Shown piece by piece: positions 19,017 to 28,010 of a stretch of DNA of 56,830 nucleotides. The stretch lies in the IMG/VR virus record IMGVR_UViG_3300032073_000004, positions 62,001 through 118,830 of that record; one strand, given 5' to 3'. Numbering within the stretch: position 1 is the stretch's first letter; every line of letters starts with the position of its first letter. Source of the stretch: an uncultured virus (IMG/VR IMGVR_UViG_3300032073_000004). Lineage: Duplodnaviria > Heunggongvirae > Uroviricota > Caudoviricetes. Made by a program: the position numbers and the translations under genes. The notes beneath the pieces were generated by a model. It saw only the letters and a program-made list of their open reading frames with translations, searched no databases and had not been told where the DNA came from.

Positions 19017-19386
19017 CTACTTTTGTTTGAAAACTTGTTTTCTTTGCAAAAACAGGCACTTCAGGGCTTCCTTCTGTTGCCGACCTTACCGTTTTTTTGA
19101 GTTTTTGTTTTGGTGGTATCGTTTTTTTAGGAACTTTTGGCTTGCTTTGTTGTTGCGATAGCGGAAAGATCCATGTACCTTGGTGCTGACATGTTCCCTT
19201 TTCGTTTGAAAGAGTGCATTCTTTTATGAATGTTTTTGAGAAAACAATTCCCTCTTCCTTGAGCAGTTGAATTACATCTCTGGTTGTCACTTGTTTTTGT
19301 TCCTGTGTTGCTAGTTTTCTTTTTGGAAGTTTAATAGTTATAGAAACTGTGCCTTCCTTATTATTTATTTTAATATCTTTTTTCAT
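18994..19386 (-). CDS. Hypothetical basic protein
   Basis: 130-aa ORF with GAGGAG RBS. Confidence 0.65.
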   Translation of the reverse strand: MKKDIKINNKEGTVSITIKLPKRKLATQEQKQVTTRDVIQLLKEEGIVFSKTFIKECTLSNEKGTCQHQGTWIFPLSQQQSKPKVPKKTIPPKQKLKKTVRSATEGSPEVPVFAKKTSFQTKVVDKTTTK

Positions 19387-19397
19387 TATTTCTCCTC

Positions 19398-20012
19398 TTA
19401 ATGTTCGATAGCTTTGCTTATAATTTTATACACCTTATTGTGCATTTGTTTAAGTCTTGTTTTCTTTTTTTGATAATAACCAACGAGACAATCTGAAAAA
19501 TATTCTTCTATACTCACAATAGATTCTTCATTTAGAAAGCTCTTTTTTATTTGCTTTGACAGAAGTTCTGTATCTATTTTCGCTATTTGTCTTTCAAAAC
19601 TATTATTTTTTTCCTCATACAAAAAGTCGCAGAGAGGAACTTTGTTTGTTTTTCCGACAACGCCATAATATAATTCTACTTTTTTGGCAAAATAGAGATC
19701 TCTTATCTTTGCAGAGATTCTTTTTTCATTTTCTCGATAATATTCAAGGGAGATCTCTTTTAAGAATGAGGAAAAACATTTTTCTATATTATAAACTTCG
19801 TTAGATAAAAATACAGTACCTTTTTTATAAGAAGCTTTTCTGTCTTCCAGCTTTTCTTGTCTGATGAATATAATTTTTTTGATATTCGATAAAAAAACTT
19901 TATCTACTTTATCTATCTTTTTTATTAAAATATTGACATCAAAGTTTATGGGAGCGGTATCTCTAAAATATACGGGAATTCCTTGTTTAGTTTCATAATA
20001 CTTTCGCTGCAA
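19398..20012 (-). CDS. Hypothetical protein
   Basis: 204-aa ORF overlapping the phoH stop. Confidence 0.6.
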   Translation of the reverse strand: MQRKYYETKQGIPVYFRDTAPINFDVNILIKKIDKVDKVFLSNIKKIIFIRQEKLEDRKASYKKGTVFLSNEVYNIEKCFSSFLKEISLEYYRENEKRISAKIRDLYFAKKVELYYGVVGKTNKVPLCDFLYEEKNNSFERQIAKIDTELLSKQIKKSFLNEESIVSIEEYFSDCLVGYYQKKKTRLKQMHNKVYKIISKAIEH

Positions 20013-21330
20013 GGGAAGCCACCTCTGATCTTTCTCCCTTTTTAAGTGTGATATGCCCGGATATCTGATATTCTTTAAACTTTTCTACTGCATGAACAAG
20101 ACCGTTCGAAGTCTCATTGATATAGACATTATCTATTTGTTCGACATCGCCGGTGAGAATAATCTTTGTATTGTCGCCGACTCTTGTTATTATAGTCTTA
20201 ATTTCGTGTCTTGTTAAGTTTTGAGCCTCATCAATTATAATATATGCGTTTGCGATAGATCTGCCTCTAATAAAAGTTAGGGCCTCTACCTCAATAATAC
20301 CTTTGTCCATATATTCCTGAAACATCTCTTTGTCATTACCCATCAAGAACTGAAGGTTGTCTTGTATCGGGGATAACCAAGGGATCATTTTTTCCTCTAG
20401 TGTTCCTGGCAAGAAGCCAATGTCTTTCCCTAAAGGCTGTACTGGTCTTGAAATTATAAGCCTGGAGTATGCATCTGTATCGTTTGACAAAGTTTGCTGT
20501 AGGCCTGCAGCGAGGGCACACAATGTTTTTCCCGAACCTGCTCTACCAATGAGGGAAACTACTTTGATGTTCTTATCCATAAGAAGATCAAATGCAAAGC
20601 TCTGCTCTTTGTTTCTTGGCTGTAAGCCCCATACTGAGTCTCTTTTTACAATCTTCCTAAGTGGTGTCTCATAGTCTGTAAACCTAGACAGTGCTGTTTT
20701 CTTTTCGCTAGAGTTGGATATCAACATTATAAATTCATTGCACTTGTGATTGGGGTGTTGTTCCTTGTCGAGATAAATATCATCTCCCGCATAAAACCTG
20801 TCTATGAGCTCGTCATCCATCAAAATTTCAGAAAAGCCATAATAAACATCCTCTTCGCTACTAACAACCTTTTCCGTATCGAAGTCTGCGGATTTCATGC
20901 CAATGCATTGACATATGACTCGCATATTGATATCTCTTGATACGACAACAATTTCGTCTAAAATATTTATTTTTCTTGCATAGTTGTAGATTGTCTGCAG
21001 TATTTGATGATCTGCTATCTCTTGCGAAAGCTCTTTTGGGAGTGCTAGCTCTCCAGTGTCATAAACAACAATAAGGTTTCCTTTCCCCTCTGTTATCTGA
21101 ACACCCTCTCTCAAGTCTCCCTTCTCTCGAAGTTCATCAAGGGCTTTGATCGCAAGCCTAGCGTTCATGCCAACAGAGTCTTGGCGCTTCTTGTGTTTAT
21201 CTATCTCTTCTAATACTTTTATTGGAAGAACTATGTCGCTTTTACTACCAAAGCTATATATGCAACTTGCGTTTGTCAATAAAACACTGGTGTCTAAAGC
21301 GTAGGTTATGCGTTTTTCTGTCATTAACAT
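19993..21330 (-). CDS. phoH: PIN-PhoH ATPase (PhoH2-like)
   Basis: LDTSVL and SRDINMR (PIN), GRAGSGKT, IGFLPG, RGRS, DEAQN, GDVEQID. Confidence 0.92.
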   Translation of the reverse strand: MLMTEKRITYALDTSVLLTNASCIYSFGSKSDIVLPIKVLEEIDKHKKRQDSVGMNARLAIKALDELREKGDLREGVQITEGKGNLIVVYDTGELALPKELSQEIADHQILQTIYNYARKINILDEIVVVSRDINMRVICQCIGMKSADFDTEKVVSSEEDVYYGFSEILMDDELIDRFYAGDDIYLDKEQHPNHKCNEFIMLISNSSEKKTALSRFTDYETPLRKIVKRDSVWGLQPRNKEQSFAFDLLMDKNIKVVSLIGRAGSGKTLCALAAGLQQTLSNDTDAYSRLIISRPVQPLGKDIGFLPGTLEEKMIPWLSPIQDNLQFLMGNDKEMFQEYMDKGIIEVEALTFIRGRSIANAYIIIDEAQNLTRHEIKTIITRVGDNTKIILTGDVEQIDNVYINETSNGLVHAVEKFKEYQISGHITLKKGERSEVASLAAKVL

Positions 21331-21342
21331 TCCTTACACTTA

Positions 21343-21350
21343 TAAATAGT
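21343..21350 (-). promoter_or_regulatory. Putative late promoter motif ACTATTTA
   Basis: Recurs just upstream of several gene starts. Confidence 0.6.
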
Positions 21351-21397
21351 TTTATAAAAATATTTTGTAGAATATCACTCGAAAGTATATTTACATT

Positions 21398-22117
21398 ATG
21401 AAGAAAATATTCTTAACGAGCCTGTGTGCACTATTTTTATTATCATCTTGTACAATTTTTAGCACACTCGTTATCAAAAATAAGAAAGATTCTTTCGTTC
21501 AAGTCCTTTCTATAAAGACGGTAAGCGGTGGAGAGATCGGACTTAGCACTGCTTCCGGAGTAGTTGTTGAAAACCGAGGTAACAAGTCCTACATTTTGAC
21601 TGCTGGTCACTTTTGTCTAGATAAAGACGATATTAATAAAACTATATCGCCTATCGAGGGAGTGGTTATAACTAAATTAAACGGAGGGCATGAGAAAGGT
21701 CGAGTCTTTGCGATCTCTAGATTGTGGGACATATGCCTGTTAGAATCCCCGAAGCTGGGTCTTGACTCTGTTAAAGTCGCTGCTCACGATATTGAGGTTG
21801 GCGACAACGTAGTAAACATCGCTGCACCTAACGGTTTATTTGGAAAAGATCTTGTAATGTCATATGAAGGACGATATTCCGGGCATGGCGGGAACGGATA
21901 TGCTGTGGAGACAGAAGTTGATTTCTATACATTCCCTGTCGCTCCTGGTAGTTCAGGGAGTCCAATATTTAATTTAAAAGGCGAAATTGTAGGCTTAGTA
22001 TTCGCCGTAGACGCCAGGTATCACCATATTACCTTGGCAGTAACAAGAGAACAAATAATAATGTTTTTAGAGAGTGTTCTCGACCTAGACTATATTATAG
22101 AAAGACCAAGGAAGTAA
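21398..22117 (+). CDS. Trypsin-like serine protease, possible lipoprotein
   Basis: LLSSC lipobox-like, LTAGHFC, D, PGSSGSP. Confidence 0.85.
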   Translation: MKKIFLTSLCALFLLSSCTIFSTLVIKNKKDSFVQVLSIKTVSGGEIGLSTASGVVVENRGNKSYILTAGHFCLDKDDINKTISPIEGVVITKLNGGHEKGRVFAISRLWDICLLESPKLGLDSVKVAAHDIEVGDNVVNIAAPNGLFGKDLVMSYEGRYSGHGGNGYAVETEVDFYTFPVAPGSSGSPIFNLKGEIVGLVFAVDARYHHITLAVTREQIIMFLESVLDLDYIIERPRK

Positions 22118-22124
22118 CTATTTA
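22117..22124 (+). promoter_or_regulatory. Putative late promoter motif ACTATTTA
   Basis: Motif flips to + strand upstream of a + strand gene. Confidence 0.55.
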
Positions 22125-22148
22125 CCTGTATTAACCTGGTCCTTTCTC

Positions 22149-22823
22149 TTGAAAACAAAAAACAAAAAAAGAAAAATTCTAAAGTTTGAGTTATTGTCCT
22201 TAGACTATCAAGACGTATGTGATGTTTTTGAAACATGCGAAACTGAATTTCATAAGAATTTCTTTGATCCCAAATTAGAAGAGCAAATAAAAGAACAAGA
22301 AGAAGCTATGAAAAAAAGGGAAGAAAAAGATAAGGAAAACAATGCCAAGGAAAAAGAAAAAAAGATGTCCGATTCCACAGATATTCAATCTCCCAACAAA
22401 CAAGAACAGAGCAGCGAGAAAGAAAGCAGCGAACTCGAAGTAAAAGAAGAGAAGATCTCTAAAAAAGTGGTTCGAAAGTTGTTCAGGGCAATTGCGCTTG
22501 AGACACACCCCGATGCTCTATACGGCGAAGATGCAGATACAATAGAATATAAAGAGAGCTTATATAAAAAAGCAGCTCGTGCTGCCAAAAAAGGTAAGGA
22601 GTACGAGCTGCTTGAAATAGCTGTATCGTTAGGTATTACTGATATATTAAACGATACGGAAATTTATTTATTATTAGATAAAGCCATGATGAACTTGAAA
22701 AATAAAGTACATCAACTAAAAAATTCTATAATGTGGCTATGGTATCACGCCAACGGTAAACAGAAAAATATTCTTGAAATACAGATACAAAAACAACTTG
22801 GCCTTAAAAAAAGAGATGAATAA
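22149..22823 (+). CDS. J-domain (DnaJ-like) protein
   Basis: VRKLFRAIALETHPD. Confidence 0.7.
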   Translation: MKTKNKKRKILKFELLSLDYQDVCDVFETCETEFHKNFFDPKLEEQIKEQEEAMKKREEKDKENNAKEKEKKMSDSTDIQSPNKQEQSSEKESSELEVKEEKISKKVVRKLFRAIALETHPDALYGEDADTIEYKESLYKKAARAAKKGKEYELLEIAVSLGITDILNDTEIYLLLDKAMMNLKNKVHQLKNSIMWLWYHANGKQKNILEIQIQKQLGLKKRDE

Positions 22824-22824
22824 A

Positions 22825-23007
22825 TTATTCTTCTGAGGCGCAGGCGACAGTAATTTTCTGAGGTTCGAAAACATAGCTTGTTTCTGTTCCCGAGTCTTTT
22901 TCATTGCCAGCGTCTGGAATGCCTGCATCTGGGCTGTCTACAACCAGAGGGTTGCACGATAGGCAAGTCAATGCCAAGAAAGTAAGGGTACTTGCTCTTT
23001 TTTTCAT
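22825..23007 (-). CDS. Small putative lipoprotein with PDAG repeats
   Basis: MKKR-hydrophobic-CLSC, PDAGIPDAG, AAGGA RBS. Confidence 0.55.
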   Translation of the reverse strand: MKKRASTLTFLALTCLSCNPLVVDSPDAGIPDAGNEKDSGTETSYVFEPQKITVACASEE

Positions 23008-23069
23008 TTTAATGTCCTTTGTTTTGAAATATTAGTAAAAAATAAGATGTATTAGCTGTATAAGTAGTA

Positions 23070-23588
23070 TCATACTACGTCAAAATCCTCTTTGCGGCGC
23101 TTAGAAAACCATTTTGGGATCTTTTCTTGTGGATACCGCATCTTTGGCTTGTCAGAATAGAAGTCACGATATGACTTGACAACGTTGTCACTCTTATATT
23201 CATCGGGCATACACAGAGGAAGTTGCGTAGGCTCGTGGCTTGGGAACTTCGATACATCGAACAACTCTTTGCAAATGTTTAATACACGCTCACACTTGTG
23301 AACTTTGTGTTGGCCGAAGCGCAACTTGTATTCTTCCAACATAGCCTCGGTATGTTTTACCAAGTTAAGGAAGTTGGCAGAAGACTCGCGCACCCATTTT
23401 GTAGATGGGTGGTTGAAGTGTGCATTACGATAAGGTGTCTCGAAGCCGTGATGGTTGAGAGTTGTGCAAAGCATTTGACAGCTTTCTAATATCATCTTGA
23501 CAACACGATAGTTGTCTAGCTCACGAGCTGACTGTTCCCAGTCGATAGTTCCGGTTTGTTCGCATCCACTAATAGCAAAAATATTCAT
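23070..23588 (-). CDS. Pyrimidine-dimer DNA glycosylase/endonuclease V-like protein
   Basis: MNIF...VVKMILESCQML...HFNHPSTKW.R...MPDEYK. Confidence 0.75.
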   Translation of the reverse strand: MNIFAISGCEQTGTIDWEQSARELDNYRVVKMILESCQMLCTTLNHHGFETPYRNAHFNHPSTKWVRESSANFLNLVKHTEAMLEEYKLRFGQHKVHKCERVLNICKELFDVSKFPSHEPTQLPLCMPDEYKSDNVVKSYRDFYSDKPKMRYPQEKIPKWFSKRRKEDFDVV

Positions 23589-23610
23589 ATGATCCCTCCT
23601 AGAGAGTCAT

Positions 23611-23639
23611 ATTATACTACATGTGTGGATATTTGTCAA
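23611..23639 (-). promoter_or_regulatory. sigma70-type promoter
   Basis: TTGACA-17-TATAAT, then AGGAGG RBS. Confidence 0.85.
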
Positions 23640-23645
23640 GTATGT

Positions 23646-24560
23646 TTATTCTGCGTCGGTGAATGTAACGATTGTTCCGTCATCAAGCTGCAGGCTAGCT
23701 AGCCAGTCTATATCACCGTTCTGATCTCTTTGAATTGGGGAGTCATCTCCAGTAAAAAGATCTCTCATACTTTTTGTGCCCTTTTCAATTGTAGCTTTTG
23801 CGTCTCTGCCATAGGATTTCTCAACATGAGATTCTGCGGCCTCTACACTAGGAAACGTGGTTGGTGTATTTGCTTGTGCACCTGTGCCGAATAGGGATGC
23901 AGCCATTATGCCGCCTATCACCAGAGGAACACCAAGTTTCCTTTTCAGAGAGCTAACAAATTGCTTTGCTCCCTCATTTAAATGTAAATCATATTCTTCA
24001 AGGAGAGTATCTATTTCTTCTTCCAATAGTTGCTCGTCCAATTGCTTTGAGAATCTTTCGATGATGTCTTCTTCGCGCATTGCTTGAGTGGTTGAAGCAC
24101 GATCTGTCCTTGTTTTGCTGGGCACTGTGTCTGCACCACTCTTAACGCCCGGCATTGAACGAGTATTTTCATCATCGTCATCATATATGTCATCTAGTGT
24201 GGCTTTTGGTAAAGTATCTGTGATGTTCTTTGCCATGATCTTCTGGACGCCTGGATCAAAGATGATACCCTTAACAATCTTTTCAATTGTTTTTATCATC
24301 TCTGGGGTTACTTTGTTTTTTCTGAATTTGTCAAGAAAACTAGATTTTTTAGCATCGTCTGGTGTGACACTTTTCACTGCTTGATCTACAGTGTTCATTC
24401 TTGAGTCTTTCGACTGCTTTTTAAGGAGTGCGCGGTAAACTTTTGGATCGTTTGGATCTAAGCCCTGACGCTTGAGGGCCGCTATTCCTGCGGGACTAAA
24501 GTTTATCCCGTCTCCTGGAGCTTCTTGTACTCTTCCTCTTTTAACAATAACCTTTTTCAT
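23646..24560 (-). CDS. Hypothetical, probable internal virion protein
   Basis: VQE, LLE, LNE motifs; hydrophobic segment after LNE. Confidence 0.6.
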   Translation of the reverse strand: MKKVIVKRGRVQEAPGDGINFSPAGIAALKRQGLDPNDPKVYRALLKKQSKDSRMNTVDQAVKSVTPDDAKKSSFLDKFRKNKVTPEMIKTIEKIVKGIIFDPGVQKIMAKNITDTLPKATLDDIYDDDDENTRSMPGVKSGADTVPSKTRTDRASTTQAMREEDIIERFSKQLDEQLLEEEIDTLLEEYDLHLNEGAKQFVSSLKRKLGVPLVIGGIMAASLFGTGAQANTPTTFPSVEAAESHVEKSYGRDAKATIEKGTKSMRDLFTGDDSPIQRDQNGDIDWLASLQLDDGTIVTFTDAE

Positions 24561-24589
24561 ATCTCACCTCGATATTATATATAGAAGCT

Positions 24590-25993
24590 TTATTCTGAAA
24601 AATACTTTATCTTTGGCATGCCAGTATATTTACAAGCTTCCTCCAGGGCAGCTCTTAGCATTTGTTCTCTCTTTTTGGGATCTTTCCAGTCCTCTTTCAT
24701 TGACGGAGATAATGTTCGTAGTGGGTCAACATATGTAAATAATTTACCTCGCTTTACAGCAGGTGCCTTAAATACTGATATGCCAGTTTTTCGGTCGTAA
24801 TGTTCGTAGCTGTGTGCATCTCTTTTTCCGCCACCGCCCATTGTATCCACAATAAACAAAGGAACATTAAAGCCTGCAGTAGAACCTCGGACTTCTTTCT
24901 CTAGGTCAATAGCTGTTTGGACTGTGGTTCTAAGATCTTCCGTTCCTCTAACCAAGTCGTGTACATAAACATAATATGGATGCACATTGATGTAACTTAG
25001 TTTCTTAATTAAGTCTCCCATGAGTTCTGGAGTGTCGTTTACTCCTGCCTGTAATACCGTTTGGTTGCGAACAGTGATACCCCTCTCAAATAATAGGTTC
25101 ATGGCATCCTGAGAAATACCCGTCACTTCGTTTGGGGTATTGAAGTGAGTATGTATAACAACTTCTTTGTGAAGCTTTCTACCTCTCTCCACGATTTCAG
25201 TTACTGCGTCCGTCCATTCTGTGTCAGTTAAGATCTTCATAGGCTGAATGGCCAGACCCTTAGTGGCAAAGCGGAATCTCCTGACATGTGGAATATCTAA
25301 CAATGCATGGCCCAACTCAAGAACTTGGCTTGGCTTTAAACGATACATGTCGCCACCGCTGATGACAATATCTTCTAGCTCTTTGCGTTCCTTAATATAC
25401 TGAAACGCCTTGTCCCATCTTTCTTGGTTTGCTTTGAGCTGTACTTTCTCGACGGTATCTGTATCTAAGCCAACAGCATAGGAGCGAGTACAAAAACGAC
25501 AATACACTGGGCATGTGTCCAGAGCTAGAAACAGGGCTTTGTCTGGGTATCTGTGAGTAAGGCCGTCAACAGGTGCATCGGCCTGCTCATGTAGTGAATC
25601 CAAAGTTAGGAGAGGGTGGTCTTCTTCTAGTTGAGAGCCCACTGGAAGGAATTGCCTTCGTATAGGGTCTGTGTAGGGGTTTTCCCAATCAATGAGAGAA
25701 AGCAAATAGGGAGATATTCGAACTGCCATAGGTGCAGCACCAAAGCCAGCTTTGACATCTTCAATAAACTCTTCTGATACAATATCCTGAACTGCTGCTA
25801 TGAGCTTCTTTGGTTTTGTGATAGCATTTCTCTCTTGCCACTTATGGCTCAAGAAAGTTTCTTCATCTATCTCTTTCCAAGCTGGTATTCTCTGCCAGAA
25901 GGCATCTCTCCTTAAATTTCTCCACGAAAGACTCTGTTCCGAAACTTTTGGCTTTAAGTGATTTACCTTCTCTTCTACTATCTTCAAACTCAT
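24590..25993 (-). CDS. kamA: KamA-family radical SAM lysine 2,3-aminomutase
   Basis: DPIRRQF, HRYPDK, CPVYCRFCTR, ISGGD, HFN, RNQTVL, PYY, GGGGK (PLP Lys). Start refined behind GGAGG. Confidence 0.9.
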   Translation of the reverse strand: MSLKIVEEKVNHLKPKVSEQSLSWRNLRRDAFWQRIPAWKEIDEETFLSHKWQERNAITKPKKLIAAVQDIVSEEFIEDVKAGFGAAPMAVRISPYLLSLIDWENPYTDPIRRQFLPVGSQLEEDHPLLTLDSLHEQADAPVDGLTHRYPDKALFLALDTCPVYCRFCTRSYAVGLDTDTVEKVQLKANQERWDKAFQYIKERKELEDIVISGGDMYRLKPSQVLELGHALLDIPHVRRFRFATKGLAIQPMKILTDTEWTDAVTEIVERGRKLHKEVVIHTHFNTPNEVTGISQDAMNLLFERGITVRNQTVLQAGVNDTPELMGDLIKKLSYINVHPYYVYVHDLVRGTEDLRTTVQTAIDLEKEVRGSTAGFNVPLFIVDTMGGGGKRDAHSYEHYDRKTGISVFKAPAVKRGKLFTYVDPLRTLSPSMKEDWKDPKKREQMLRAALEEACKYTGMPKIKYFSE

Positions 25994-26013
25994 AAGGGCC
26001 TCCAACATTGCAC

Positions 26014-26042
26014 ATTATATCATACATAGCATTTTTTGTAAA
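26014..26042 (-). promoter_or_regulatory. sigma70-type promoter of kamA
   Basis: TTTACA-17-TATAAT, extended TG. Confidence 0.75.
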
Positions 26043-26067
26043 AAAAAAGAGCCCCTTTCGGGGCTCT
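26040..26067 (-). terminator. Intrinsic terminator after the OMP gene
   Basis: AGAGCCCC-GAAA-GGGGCTCT followed by a T run. Confidence 0.9.
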
Positions 26068-26089
26068 CTTGCTTCTAAGGGCCGAAAGC

Positions 26090-26731
26090 TTAGAAGTTAA
26101 TTCCCGCCGACAGTGTAACAACGTTTGCGTCGTCACCTTCGGTATTCTGTTGACGGAAGTATTCTGCACGAACACTAACGCCTGCGCCCACTTCTGTTGA
26201 CGCTCCGGCAAGGATGCGGTTCTCTGATACACCGTCTTGGTTAACGTGTACTTCATCGCCCACGGATACATCAACGGTTGCGATCTTTAAGTCCAAAGAC
26301 TTTGTGAGCATAATTTGCTCACGAACTCGCATTTGTTCTGTGCCAACGGCAGTAACGTCGCCATGCTCATCTAGTTGCAGGCGCAGTCTGTTGGCTAATG
26401 TAATACCGAGTGGTAATGCCACATCGTTATTTACATCTAAAGAAACTCGGTTCTCTGATGTGCCATTAGTATTAGTGTTTCGGATGCGTAACTGTAAATC
26501 CATATTCTCAGTTAAGTCACGAGACACTGCGAACACGGTGTGTTCATAACCAGCGGCCTTCGTAACCATGTCCTCACTAATGCTTAGATCATGGCGAACT
26601 TGCTCTTCTGCTGAGAGTGTAAAGCCGCCAAGCTTTGCAGATCCAGCGGTAGCTTCCAAACGAAGTTCGTCTGCATAACTAACGCTACTTACCAAAAACG
26701 CCATAACGGTCGCTAATAGTGCTTTTTTCAT
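26090..26731 (-). CDS. Outer-membrane beta-barrel protein (DUF2490-like)
   Basis: Sec signal MKKALL...SYA, amphipathic beta strands (RLRLQ, RVREQ), C-terminal Phe. Start refined. Confidence 0.75.
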   Translation of the reverse strand: MKKALLATVMAFLVSSVSYADELRLEATAGSAKLGGFTLSAEEQVRHDLSISEDMVTKAAGYEHTVFAVSRDLTENMDLQLRIRNTNTNGTSENRVSLDVNNDVALPLGITLANRLRLQLDEHGDVTAVGTEQMRVREQIMLTKSLDLKIATVDVSVGDEVHVNQDGVSENRILAGASTEVGAGVSVRAEYFRQQNTEGDDANVVTLSAGINF

Positions 26732-26786
26732 AGTTTTCTCCTTTTCATTCACCCGCTTAATTGCGGAGTGATGTTAAGTTGATATA

Positions 26787-26815
26787 ATTCTATCACGGTT
26801 CGTATATTATGTCAA
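26787..26815 (-). promoter_or_regulatory. sigma70-type promoter of the OMP gene
   Basis: TTGACA-17-TAGAAT. Confidence 0.8.
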
Positions 26816-26877
26816 GGGGTGTATCTAAAGTAAAACTTTAACTTTGACGCAATGGGTCATACGAGGAGAAAAAGTGT

Positions 26878-26923
26878 AATAAAAACAAGCATTTAGGATG
26901 GCTTGTAAGTACTTGTTTTTATT
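26878..26923. repeat. Inverted repeat (12-bp perfect arms plus imperfect extension)
   Basis: AATAAAAACAAG...CTTGTTTTTATT. Confidence 0.8.
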
Positions 26924-26930
26924 GCGTTTT

Positions 26931-28010
26931 TTACCACTTTCTACAAGACCAATATCTAGCTTTTGTCTTAGGTCCTGGATTCTTGCAATTGTGACGGGCT
27001 CTAAAGCTCTTTCTTCTTTTTGGGTTTGACTTTTTAATTTTCATTCCCTTTTGTCCGAAGTTTACTTTCTTGACGTTTCCTGTCTTTGGATCTTTCACAT
27101 AAACTTTGAATTTCTTAACGTCGCCGCGCATAGGCTTGTTGAGCTTTACTTTGCGTCCTTGGTACTCTGCTTCAGCAACAACGTCGTCCCAGAACTCCAT
27201 GTTCTCTTCAACAGGAGTGCCGTCATCATAAGTAGCGTCAGAGATATGATAATAAGTTTCCAACATTCTGAACTGTTCGTCTTTTAAAATTTCCGCTACG
27301 ACTCTAGCGATAAAGTTTTGTTCGTTTTGCATCTCAATCGACTCCTTTTTCTTTCCCCACTTTTTTCCTTTTCCCTTTGTCCCACACGCTGATGGCGTTG
27401 GTCGGCAGGATGGATATTTAGATCTTTTTTCTCCATCTTTTCTTCCGCAAGACTTGCAGGTCTTTCTTCCCGTCTTCTTGTCTTTCCTGCAGGTGTTGCA
27501 GTCAACCCAGCCTTTGCTTTTACCTTTCCCGCCTTGGCGAGAAAACCAACCATGAAGGCCATCTTTCTTTTCTTTGGAATAGTCTGTCTTGGCTTTCTTC
27601 TTTTTTACTTTTCTCTTCTTTTTCTTTTCTTCGATGCTCTTTCTTATTTCTTTCTTTATTTTAACTGGTTCTGCTTGTGCGCCTCTACCAAAAAACTTTT
27701 GCCTCATACCTACTGATAGAGTATCCTCGCCAGAAAGAACTGATGCTAAATAATCAATGCTGGCGTCGAGGTCTTCGAGGGTGTCTAGCTTGTTACTAAT
27801 TTGCCTTAACAGGTTTAGCTCTTCTGTGTTCTCTTCTGTCTCTTCGACTTCTTTGATACCTTTCCAAATTTTACCTTGTCGGCATTTTACAACAGCTCCG
27901 GAAGCATAAGCGGATGGCCACACATCATATTTTCTTTTAGCAATACGAGTGCATCTATCTGATTTTTTCTTTTTTACTTTACGCTTTTTCTTTTCTTCGA
28001 TATCACTCAT
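26931..28010 (-). CDS. Basic Cys-rich modular phage protein (T4-like cyanophage modules, DUF5872/DUF6321-like)
   Basis: WPSAYASGAVVKCR; GWVDC...YPSCRPT; RRKSFRARHNC...YWSCRKW. Confidence 0.7.
   Translation of the reverse strand: MSDIEEKKKRKVKKKKSDRCTRIAKRKYDVWPSAYASGAVVKCRQGKIWKGIKEVEETEENTEELNLLRQISNKLDTLEDLDASIDYLASVLSGEDTLSVGMRQKFFGRGAQAEPVKIKKEIRKSIEEKKKKRKVKKKKAKTDYSKEKKDGLHGWFSRQGGKGKSKGWVDCNTCRKDKKTGRKTCKSCGRKDGEKRSKYPSCRPTPSACGTKGKGKKWGKKKESIEMQNEQNFIARVVAEILKDEQFRMLETYYHISDATYDDGTPVEENMEFWDDVVAEAEYQGRKVKLNKPMRGDVKKFKVYVKDPKTGNVKKVNFGQKGMKIKKSNPKRRKSFRARHNCKNPGPKTKARYWSCRKW

Noticed and set aside
26790..26817. dif-like sequence (GTATATTATGTCAA)
   Set aside because: Only the XerD-like half matches, and it coincides with the -35 box of the OMP promoter.
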